Positions 41,720 to 50,161 of a stretch of DNA of 64,000 nt are shown here, one piece after another. The position numbers and the translations under genes were made by a program. The DNA lies in NCBI GenBank assembly GCA_963850305.1, contig CAWKKR010000008.1, positions 1,792,001 to 1,856,000 on the forward strand. Direction: 5' to 3'. Origin of the DNA: an uncultured delta proteobacterium (GTDB lineage Bacteria > Myxococcota_A > Polyangia > Polyangiales > Polyangiaceae). Numbering within the stretch: position 1 is the first letter of the stretch; every line of letters begins with the position of its first letter. The notes beneath the pieces are model-generated. The model was not told the DNA's origin and searched no databases. It worked only from the letters and a program-made list of their open reading frames with translations.

Positions 41720-41789
41720 GGACGCCGGAGGCGCCGGCCGAGCTTACACCAGGGAAACGCCGGCCCGCGCGTGCCGCGATTACTAAGAA

Positions 41790-42340
41790 AGGGAGCCTTG
41801 CCAGCCTTGCCCGCGCGCCTCGCTGCGCGACCGCTCCCCCGCCGCGTTCGGCGGGCTTGTGCTTGCAGGGGGTCTTGACCCCCGCGGCTCGCTGCGCGAC
41901 CGCTCCCCCGCCGCGTTCGGCGGGCTTGTGCTTGCAAGGGGGTCTTGACCCCCGCGGCTCGCCTGCGCGACCGCTCCCCCGCCGCCTTCGGCGGGCTCGC
42001 TGCGCTCGCGTAGTTCCGCATCTCGTTGATGCTTCAGGGACGACGTGCTCGTCGATGCGGAACTTCTACGCAAGGGGATCTTGACCCCCCGCGGCTCGCT
42101 GCGCGACCGCTCCCCCGCCGCGTTGGCGGGCTTGTGCTTGCAAGGGGGTCTTGACCCCCCGCGGCTCGCTGCGCGACCGCTCCCCCGCCGCCTTCGGCGG
42201 GCTCGCTGCGCTCGCGTAGTTCCGCATCTCGTTGATGCTTCAGGGACGACGTGCTCGTCGATGCGGAACTTCTACGAGCGAGTCCCGCAACGCATTGGCG
42301 TGTTCGCCAATGCGGGACTACCGCCGGGCGTTGCGGGCTC
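41790..42340. repeat. Composite palindromic repeat mosaic: five ~70-bp A units, two identical 62-bp GTAG...CTAC B modules and a terminal GTAG hairpin
   Basis: Core cgaccgctcccccgccgc at 41828, 41897, 41968, 42104, 42174; B at 42009-42070 and 42215-42276; A is the reverse complement of the 18271-18492 unit. Confidence 0.92.
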
Positions 42341-42349
42341 GCGTGACGC

Positions 42350-42559
42350 TCACTTTACGGCGGGGGTACCGTACTTGCGACGGAACCAATCGATGCGACC
42401 CGCAGTGTCGACGAGCCGTTGCTTGCCCGTGTAAAATGGATGACATGCGCCGCAGACGTCCACCGAGATGTCGCCCTTGGTCGAGCGCGTCTGGAACTTG
42501 TTCCCACACGCGCACGTCACGTTCACGAGCGTGTAGTTCGGATGGATATCGGCTTTCAT
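42350..42559 (-). CDS. rpmE: 50S ribosomal protein L31 (Zn-binding type)
   Basis: [27 protein letters not shown]. Confidence 0.97.
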   Translation of the reverse strand: MKADIHPNYTLVNVTCACGNKFQTRSTKGDISVDVCGACHPFYTGKQRLVDTAGRIDWFRRKYGTPAVK

Positions 42560-42711
42560 GACGGTGCTTCCTTGCGAGGGACGCGGAACCTAACCTCCGT
42601 TCGAGACTTCGACAAGGCCTCGCGCCGGAGACGGCACAATCCATGTGCGGCTGCTCGGACGTTCAGACTTCGGTCCTTGACGGGCAAAAGCTTCTCCCTC
42701 ACGCTCCGGCC

Positions 42712-43698
42712 ATGAGCCGGCCCGTCTCGTCGGGTGTCTCGCGACGCGAGGCCCTCGGGCGAATTGCCAAAGCAGGCGCCGCTTTCGGCGCGGCGGCCGC
42801 GTTCACGCGGATACGATTCGACCGCGGTGGGTTCGGCCTTTCCACCCCCGGGGGCGAGCGTCAGGTGCGTAGCTTCGCCGTGCCCCCCGGGCCGCCCGGG
42901 ACCCTCGCGTTCGCGGTGGCGAAGAGCTCGACGGATCCCGCCGAGCTGGTGCGCCGAGCAGTGGATGCCCTGGGCGGAATGAAGCGGTTCATTTCGAACG
43001 GCGACGTCGTCGCGGTGAAGCCGAACATCGGCTGGGACCGGATGCCTGTGCACGCCGCGAATACGAACCCGCTCGTCGTCGCCGAAGTCGTCAAGCTCGC
43101 ATTCGACGCGGGCGCCCGTCGGGTCGTCGTCACCGACGCTTCCTGCAACGAGCCGAACCGCTGCTTCCAGCGATCCGGGATCTGGCGCGCCGCGCACGAT
43201 GTCGGAGCGACCGTCATTCTGCCCGCGGCGCACCGGTTCCGCGAAATGCGGATGAAGGGCGACGTGCTCGATCAGTGGCCGGTCTACACGCCCCTCGTGA
43301 ACGCGGACAAGGTCATCAACGTGCCTATCGCGAAGCACCACAATCTGTCGAAGTACACCGCGGCGATGAAGAATTGGTACGGTCTCCTCGGTGGCCGCAG
43401 GAACCGGCTTCATCAGAGCATCGACGTGTCGATCGCCGATCTCGCGACGTTCATGCGCCCCACCCTCGTCATCGTGGACGCGACGCGCGTTCTCATGCGA
43501 AACGGCCCGCAGGGCGGCAACATCGACGACGCGAGGGACGTTCATCAGGTGATCGCGAGCACGGACCAGGTAGCGGCGGACGCGTATGGCTGCACGCTCA
43601 TCGGGCAGACGCCGGAGAACATCGGTTATCTGAAACTCGGGAAAGAGCGCGGCATCGGCGTGATGGACTGGGAATCTTTGCCGCACACGATGGTCTGA
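42712..43698 (+). CDS. DUF362 domain protein with twin-arginine-like signal
   Basis: SRREAL, ALGGMKRFI...VKPNIGW, NTNP, INVPIAKHH, MKNWYG, DQVAAD. Confidence 0.85.
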   Translation: MSRPVSSGVSRREALGRIAKAGAAFGAAAAFTRIRFDRGGFGLSTPGGERQVRSFAVPPGPPGTLAFAVAKSSTDPAELVRRAVDALGGMKRFISNGDVVAVKPNIGWDRMPVHAANTNPLVVAEVVKLAFDAGARRVVVTDASCNEPNRCFQRSGIWRAAHDVGATVILPAAHRFREMRMKGDVLDQWPVYTPLVNADKVINVPIAKHHNLSKYTAAMKNWYGLLGGRRNRLHQSIDVSIADLATFMRPTLVIVDATRVLMRNGPQGGNIDDARDVHQVIASTDQVAADAYGCTLIGQTPENIGYLKLGKERGIGVMDWESLPHTMV

Positions 43699-43706
43699 GG
43701 GCGGCG

Positions 43707-45641
43707 ATGCACGCGACCGATGAGGCGAATCTCCCGACGCCCATCCCGTGGCTCGGCCGGGTGGGGCCAGTGTCATCGCTCGATGCGAAACTGCCGCCGC
43801 GGCCCGCCGAGGTCGCGCCGGCGGTGCGCGACGCATCCGTTGGGATGGTCGCGGTCGCGCCGGAGCGTGCCGCGCCCAGGGACGTCTCCGCGCCGCCGAA
43901 AGCCGTGCCGCGTGCCCCCAAAAAAAGGAAACGACCCGGCTCCGGCATCCCGGCGCGACGCTTGATCCGCGGGCTCGTCTGGGCGCGACGTGCGGCTCAG
44001 GCCGGGTTCCTCGCGCTCTTCCTGTTCTTGCTTTGCCACACGGCGTTTCGCGGCACGTTCACCGCCGGGTCGGATTCTCCGGTGCGCCTCCCGTGGCCCG
44101 TCGAGGGATTCCTTCTGACGGATCCGTTCGTCGGTGCGATGACTGCGCTCTCGACGCACGCGGTTTATCGCGGGCTCGCCTGGTCGCTCGTCGTCGCGGG
44201 TTTGACCTTGACGTTCGGGCGCGTGTTCTGCGGATGGATCTGTCCGTTCGGGACGCTGCACCATTTCTTCGCGTGGATCTTTCCGTCGAGGTACGTGCGC
44301 GGGAAACAGCGGGTCGACGCGAACCGCACGCATGGCTGGCAGCGCGCCAAGTACTACCTGATGGTCGCGTTCCTCGCAGCCGCGGTGTGCGGCAGCGCGA
44401 TCGGCGGGTTACTGGATCCGATCTGCGTCGCCGTTCGCGCCGTGGGGCTCGGCGTATTGCCGACGCTTCAGTATCTCGGCATTCGAAGCGCGAACGTGGT
44501 CGCGGACACGAACGTGCGCGCCCTTCAATTCGCGAGCGACGCCTCGCAGGATTTTCTTGCTCGGACGGTCTGGACTTCGAACCAGCTTTATTTCCACCAG
44601 ACCTGGTTCATCACGTTCCTGCTCGTGGCGATCCTGTTCATGAATCGGTTCATTCCGAGGTTCTGGTGTCGCGCGCTGTGCCCGCTCGGCGCCTTTCTGG
44701 GGGTGCTGTCGCGGTTTGCGCTCTTCGGGATGGAGAAAGATCACTCCAAGTGTACCGACTGCAACCTTTGCCTGGTGCATTGCCAGGGCGCCGACAGTCC
44801 GCAGGGCGGCGTGAAGCACCGGCAGGATGAGTGCCACATGTGCCTCAACTGCGAGACCGCGTGCCCCGAGGACGTCATCAAGTTCCGCTTCTTGCCGAAC
44901 CGTCGCGGCACGACGTCGGTGCCGGATCTCGAACGCCGCACGGTGCTGGCTTCTGCGGCGGCGGGTGCCATCGCGATCCCCGGGTTGCGGATCGCCGGCT
45001 GGCCCGACAAGGGTTACAGCGAGAAAGTCATTCGCCCGCCGGGAGCGGTCGAAGAACGGGATTTTCTGGAGCGCTGCATCCGGTGCGCCGAGTGCATGAA
45101 GGTGTGCCCGAACAACGCCCTTCATCCCGCTTTCTTCGAAGCCGGCGTCGAGGGCTTATGGACTCCGATTCTGATCCCGAGAATCGGATATTGTGAGTTC
45201 TCCTGCGTCCTCTGCGGTCAGGTCTGCCCGACCGGCGCCATCCAGAAGATCACGGAGAAGGAGAAGATGGGCGTCGGCCAGAAACCCATCGCGATCGGGA
45301 CCGCCATGTACGACCGAGGGCGCTGTCTGCCGTGGGCCATGGCGACCCCGTGCATCGTCTGTGAAGAGTTCTGTCCAACCTCTCCCAAGGCGATATGGGC
45401 CGAGGAGGTGGAAGTTCCGAAGCGGGACGGCCACTACGTGGCCAAGGGCGTGCAGCCGAAGATGCTCACCGTGAAGCTGAAGCGTCCCCACGTCGATCCG
45501 ACCCTGTGCATCGGGTGCGGCGCGTGCGAGAAGGTGTGCCCGATCGTCGACAAGCCGGCCGTCTACGTCACGAGTGCGGGAGAAACCCGGTCGAAGACGA
45601 ACGTGATCTTGCTCGAGAACACGAGCTACAACCGGGCCTGA
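43707..45641 (+). CDS. Membrane polyferredoxin (NapH/MauN-like fused to NapG/MauM-like)
   Basis: GRVFCGWICPFG, RFWCRALCPLG, multiple CxxCxxCxxxCP, IRPPGA. Confidence 0.88.
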   Translation: MHATDEANLPTPIPWLGRVGPVSSLDAKLPPRPAEVAPAVRDASVGMVAVAPERAAPRDVSAPPKAVPRAPKKRKRPGSGIPARRLIRGLVWARRAAQAGFLALFLFLLCHTAFRGTFTAGSDSPVRLPWPVEGFLLTDPFVGAMTALSTHAVYRGLAWSLVVAGLTLTFGRVFCGWICPFGTLHHFFAWIFPSRYVRGKQRVDANRTHGWQRAKYYLMVAFLAAAVCGSAIGGLLDPICVAVRAVGLGVLPTLQYLGIRSANVVADTNVRALQFASDASQDFLARTVWTSNQLYFHQTWFITFLLVAILFMNRFIPRFWCRALCPLGAFLGVLSRFALFGMEKDHSKCTDCNLCLVHCQGADSPQGGVKHRQDECHMCLNCETACPEDVIKFRFLPNRRGTTSVPDLERRTVLASAAAGAIAIPGLRIAGWPDKGYSEKVIRPPGAVEERDFLERCIRCAECMKVCPNNALHPAFFEAGVEGLWTPILIPRIGYCEFSCVLCGQVCPTGAIQKITEKEKMGVGQKPIAIGTAMYDRGRCLPWAMATPCIVCEEFCPTSPKAIWAEEVEVPKRDGHYVAKGVQPKMLTVKLKRPHVDPTLCIGCGACEKVCPIVDKPAVYVTSAGETRSKTNVILLENTSYNRA

Positions 45642-45654
45642 GAGCAGACGCCGA

Positions 45655-46380
45655 TCACGTGGGATCGGGAGGGCGAGAGCCGCGCGGCGACTTTGCGATG
45701 CGCAAATACATCTGAGCACCCTTGTTGCTAGGGTCGAGCTCGAGAACCTCGTTCAGTTCGGCGATGGCTTCATCATTGTTGCCGGCGCTCAGCTGGAGCA
45801 CGCCGAGCAGGATGCGCGCCTGGAGAAAGCGCGGGTTCACCGATTTCGCCATTTCGAACTGTTCGCGCGCTCGCTTCAGATCACCCGCGTCGCGATAGAG
45901 CACTCCAAGCCGCGCGCGCAGATCGGCGAACGTGGGGCACAGGCCGATGGCTTTCTCGAGCTCGCTGATCGCTTCGCTCGTCATGCCGATGTCCTGATAC
46001 GCCTGGCTCAGTTCCCCATGCATGTTGGCGAGTTTGCCCTTCGCGAAAGGATCGAGTTCCCGCCCGCCCGTCCCGCGGTGACGGATCCCCGAGTAGATTT
46101 GCCGGGCACGTTCGTACTCGCCGAGATCGTTCAGGGTCACCATGAGGTTGAGTTGCGCCTCGGTGTAGTTCGGGTTCAGGCTGACTGCTTTCTCGAAGTG
46201 CTGTCGTGCCTGTGCGAGCTCGCCGCGCCCGTGGGAGATGACGCCCAGCATGTCGAAGACGTCCGCGAAGCGATCCGTGTGCTCGATGACCTTCTTGAGG
46301 AGCTGCGCGGCCTGGTCGTACTCGCCTTTTCCGTAGTGCTCGCGGCCGAGCAGGAGGAGTTGTCGGATGTGCTCGTCCAT
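45655..46380 (-). CDS. Tetratricopeptide repeat protein
   Basis: Repeated TPR helices (AVSLNPNYTEA, LCPTFAD, LELDPSN). Confidence 0.88.
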   Translation of the reverse strand: MDEHIRQLLLLGREHYGKGEYDQAAQLLKKVIEHTDRFADVFDMLGVISHGRGELAQARQHFEKAVSLNPNYTEAQLNLMVTLNDLGEYERARQIYSGIRHRGTGGRELDPFAKGKLANMHGELSQAYQDIGMTSEAISELEKAIGLCPTFADLRARLGVLYRDAGDLKRAREQFEMAKSVNPRFLQARILLGVLQLSAGNNDEAIAELNEVLELDPSNKGAQMYLRIAKSPRGSRPPDPT

Positions 46381-46553
46381 GCGGAGCTACAGAGTCTCTT
46401 TGAATTGTGCGAAATCGCCAAGGACAAGCGCCTTGGAGCCAGCGGAAACCGGGCGTCCGAGAAGAGTTCACCCCGCGCTCGGGCTTGCCGCGGGCTCGCT
46501 CGGCTGCTACCCGTTCCCGCCGTGGCGTCTTCACGGAACGTGAGGAGCGGGCC

Positions 46554-48548
46554 ATGAGTCCCCGCCATGTCGGGCGCGTCGTGGACCCGCTCGTACGCGG
46601 TGATGGCGGCGACGAGCCGGAAATCACGCTCGATCCGTCCGTGGACACCGACGACGCCGTGGCGGGTATTCAGGTGGCGCAGCGCATCATTTCCAAGGAT
46701 GAGCCGTCGCCTTCGGGGCACTCGGAAGACGACGCGTTCGCGTTTCAGAGCGCGGCGGGCCACCCCGTCCGCAATCGACTTCTGGCGCGCGCCGCCGAGG
46801 CGCGCCTCCACGACCGGGAGGAGCAGGCTGAGCAGACGAGCAGGGCGAGCGAGCGCTCGTTCACCGAGGAGCTCGAACGCGTCGCATCCCGGCGTGCGCC
46901 GCCGTCTTCTACCCTCGTCGTCACTCCCAACCGTCGCGACCTGCCGCCGAACGTGATCGTTCTTTTCGGAACGCTCTTTGGCCTCGCCCTCCTGGCGGCG
47001 CTGTTTGCCGTGCTGATTCATGTCGATCCCCGGGACGGATCGCCGATCGTCGGCGCGCCGCCGCTCGCGAGATCGTCGGCCCTCGTTGCGCCGACGGTGT
47101 CGCCGGACATGCCGCTGGTTTCCCCTCTCGTGAAGAAGCCCGAGCGAACGCACGTGCAAGGCCCCTGGCGCATCGCGGACTCGACCGACCCGCACTTGAA
47201 GAAGGTCGAAGGCACGATCGGGCATGCGTCCTTCTTGAAAGCCATCGAAGACGCCGGGGTTCCTCACGCGGATACGTTTCGCATTCTCCAGGTCATGGAA
47301 TCGCTTCGCGATCTGAACCACTGCAATCCGCGCGATCGATTCCTGGCCCTCGTCGACCGCCGGTCGAATCACGTGACCGCCTTCGAGTACGTCGTCAGCA
47401 AGGAAGAGATCTACCAGGCGCGGGAAGGACTCGACGGGTTCCTGAAGTCGGCGAAACTCGATCTCCAGGTCGCGCGGAATCGGATCCAGGGTGCCATCCG
47501 CTTCGACCGCGACACGTTCGTCGAGTCCGTCGAGGCTGCCGGATTCGAGCCGCAGCTGGTGTCGGTGATCGACGAGGCGATGGCGGGGCACGCCAGCGTT
47601 GCGGACCTGAAGCATGGCGATCGGCTTCGCGTCGTTGCTCAAGAAGTGACGGTGCTTGGCGACTTCGATCGCTATGCCGGCATCGAAGCGCTCGAGGTCG
47701 TCCCTGGTCACGGTGATCAGAAGCCGCTCCGCATCTACTACTTCCAGGGTCCGAAATCGCACGGTTACTTCGACGCGGACGGGCGCTCGGTCCACGAGGG
47801 TGAGTGGAAGAAGCCCATCCCAGGTGCCGTCGTGACGTCACCGTTCAACCTGAAGCGGATGCATCCGATTCTTCACACCATCATGCCCCACCAGGGGACC
47901 GATTTCCGCGCACCGATGGGTACGCCCGTGGGCGCCTCGGCAGCCGGTATCGTGAAGTTCATGGGCAACGGCGGACCTTCCGGGAACCTCGTCGTCATCC
48001 AGCATCCGGGAGGCATCGAAACCGGTTACGCCCACCTCTCCAAGTTCGAGCCGGGCCTGAAAGTGGGGGACACGGTGACGGCGATGCAGATTGTCGGACT
48101 CTCGGGTTCGACGGGGCGGTCGACGGGGCCGCACTTGCACTTCAGCGTGAAGCTCAACGGCGTATTCGTCGACCCGATGAAGACCCTGGGATTCGATTCC
48201 CTCCGCGGCATGCCGCTCGACGAGAAGCTTCTCTTCACGGACGAGCGGACGAAGCTCGACGTGCTCCTGGACGCGATCGCCCTGCCCCCACCTGTCATGG
48301 ACACTCCGGCGGCGGCGCACTCCCCGAACCCGCCGCAGACCGTCGCGGACGAGACCGAGTTTCCGTCTCCAACGGCATCGGGGGTTCCGTCGCCTGCCTC
48401 GGCCGCCGTAGCTAGAGTGGCCGCGCCGCCGACCGCCCCCGCGACGGGCAGTTCAGCTTCACCTGCCAGGGCTGCGTCCATTTATCTCTCGGACCAGGAG
48501 TTGCTCAAGGAACAGGGCGCGACCGACAACGGCGAAGTCGACGAGTGA
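46554..48548 (+). CDS. Membrane-anchored M23 (MepM-like) peptidoglycan endopeptidase
   Basis: TM, RMHPIL, HQGTDF, YAHLS, STGRSTGPHLHF. Confidence 0.9.
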   Translation: MSPRHVGRVVDPLVRGDGGDEPEITLDPSVDTDDAVAGIQVAQRIISKDEPSPSGHSEDDAFAFQSAAGHPVRNRLLARAAEARLHDREEQAEQTSRASERSFTEELERVASRRAPPSSTLVVTPNRRDLPPNVIVLFGTLFGLALLAALFAVLIHVDPRDGSPIVGAPPLARSSALVAPTVSPDMPLVSPLVKKPERTHVQGPWRIADSTDPHLKKVEGTIGHASFLKAIEDAGVPHADTFRILQVMESLRDLNHCNPRDRFLALVDRRSNHVTAFEYVVSKEEIYQAREGLDGFLKSAKLDLQVARNRIQGAIRFDRDTFVESVEAAGFEPQLVSVIDEAMAGHASVADLKHGDRLRVVAQEVTVLGDFDRYAGIEALEVVPGHGDQKPLRIYYFQGPKSHGYFDADGRSVHEGEWKKPIPGAVVTSPFNLKRMHPILHTIMPHQGTDFRAPMGTPVGASAAGIVKFMGNGGPSGNLVVIQHPGGIETGYAHLSKFEPGLKVGDTVTAMQIVGLSGSTGRSTGPHLHFSVKLNGVFVDPMKTLGFDSLRGMPLDEKLLFTDERTKLDVLLDAIALPPPVMDTPAAAHSPNPPQTVADETEFPSPTASGVPSPASAAVARVAAPPTAPATGSSASPARAASIYLSDQELLKEQGATDNGEVDE

Positions 48549-48549
48549 T

Positions 48550-50127
48550 TCAACCGGTCGCGGGTCCGTCGAAGGAGCGCTTGCCAGCTTGAATCGTGAA
48601 CGCGAATCGGCTGCCGCGCGGCTCCACGGGTTCCACCCAGGCGTCGCCGCCATGTGCCAGCGCGATGTGTTTGACGAGCGCAAGTCCGATCCCGCTCCCG
48701 CGAACCTGCTTGGTTCCGCGGCCGCGCACGAACCGGTCGAAGATTCGCTTCCGATCCTCGAGCAGGATGCCCGATCCTTGATCGGTGACGGAAACCTCCA
48801 GCGTCTTGTCGCGGCGCCGGACGCGAATCCGAATCCGGTTGGAGTCTTTCGCGTACTTGAGCGCATTGTCGACGAGGTTGATGACGGCAATTTCGATCGC
48901 GCGTTCGTCCGCGCGGACGAACGGTAGCCCCGGGTCGACCTCGAGCTCGAGCTCGACCCGATCTCGATCGGCGCGGATCCGACACGCCTCGACCGCGCGA
49001 GCCACGACGTCGCCGAGGATGCACTCCGAGAAGTCGTAACCGCTCTTGCCGCGTTCGACCTTTGCGAAGTCGAGCACGTTCTCGATGAGGGCGCTGAGGC
49101 GCTCGCTCTCGCTCAGGATGATCTGCAGATACTGCCGCTTTTTTTGCTCGTCCGCGTTCACGCGCCCGCTCTGAAGGAGCTCCGCGAACATCCGCACGAG
49201 CGAGAGCGGCGTCTTCAGCTCGTGCGAGACGTTGGCCACGAAGTCGCTCTTCAGAGCCGACAGCTTTCGTTCTCTGCCGGCCGCCACGACGACGACGACC
49301 ATCCCCGCGATGACGACCAGCCCCGAGAGCCCAACGAGCACCATTTCCAGTACGCGCCGCCGGGCGGCGTTCTCGGCGAGCTGTTCCGCCGCGAGCAGCG
49401 AAACGTTGAGGCGCCACTTGTACAATGTCGTCTGGAAGGGGCGACCCACCGTGAACTCCCCGCCGCTCACCGGCGGGCCGAAGATGATCCCACCGTTCTC
49501 GTCCACCACGTTCATGCGGCTCTGCGCGTCGCGGACCTGGTAAAGCTCCGGCAGCACGTCATGGACGATCCGCGGCACGTCGTGCCATGCGATGATCAGA
49601 TAGTTGCGCCCTCCGTGGGATCGCTGAAAATAGCTGATGAGATAGTTTTTCCCGTCATAAGATTTATGAAGATGCCGCAGCTCCTCGTCGGGTGGCTTGG
49701 GGATCTCCAAGTCGGGGAAGATGCGATTCACGAGCAATCGACGGAAGTCCTCGTCTTCGGGTCCGGGTCGTCGGGACGCGAATCCGACGACCTCGCGCAG
49801 CGATGAATCGAGGTCGACGACGAGCACGGCCCGCACCGTCGGGGTCTGCCGCTTGGCGAGAGGTAACCACGAATGGCCGACCCGGCTCAGGTTGCCGAGG
49901 TCCGTTTCCGCGGCCACGACCGTGTCTTGATCGATGATCTCCTGGTCGAGCCGCGCAGCCTTCTCGTTGGCGAGAGACAGGGTCGCTTCGACGACGGATT
50001 GCTGCCTCAGGCGCTCTTGCTGAAAGCTCGTGCGGAACGTGACGCCGGTGAGGACGAGCACGCCGACGACGATGGCCGGCAAGAGTAGGAACGTGAAGAA
50101 ACGTTCGCGTCGGGTCCGATCCGCCAT
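48550..50127 (-). CDS. Membrane sensor histidine kinase
   Basis: Two TMs, NVSHELKTPL, NLVDNALKY, DQGSG, GSGIGL. Confidence 0.93.
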   Translation of the reverse strand: MADRTRRERFFTFLLLPAIVVGVLVLTGVTFRTSFQQERLRQQSVVEATLSLANEKAARLDQEIIDQDTVVAAETDLGNLSRVGHSWLPLAKRQTPTVRAVLVVDLDSSLREVVGFASRRPGPEDEDFRRLLVNRIFPDLEIPKPPDEELRHLHKSYDGKNYLISYFQRSHGGRNYLIIAWHDVPRIVHDVLPELYQVRDAQSRMNVVDENGGIIFGPPVSGGEFTVGRPFQTTLYKWRLNVSLLAAEQLAENAARRRVLEMVLVGLSGLVVIAGMVVVVVAAGRERKLSALKSDFVANVSHELKTPLSLVRMFAELLQSGRVNADEQKKRQYLQIILSESERLSALIENVLDFAKVERGKSGYDFSECILGDVVARAVEACRIRADRDRVELELEVDPGLPFVRADERAIEIAVINLVDNALKYAKDSNRIRIRVRRRDKTLEVSVTDQGSGILLEDRKRIFDRFVRGRGTKQVRGSGIGLALVKHIALAHGGDAWVEPVEPRGSRFAFTIQAGKRSFDGPATG

Positions 50128-50161
50128 GTTCGTGCCGCGCCGACGCGCGAGCTCTGGCGTA

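Noticed and set aside
41790..42340. CRISPR array interpretation of the repeats (also 18271-18492)
   Set aside because: Units are contiguous, with no unique spacers; the only inserts are identical; no cas genes are in the window
41716..42434. ORFs over the repeat clusters, and the read-through tail of the 17699..18667 ORF
   Set aside because: They are translations of GC-rich repeats or of sequence beyond the rmlC frameshift
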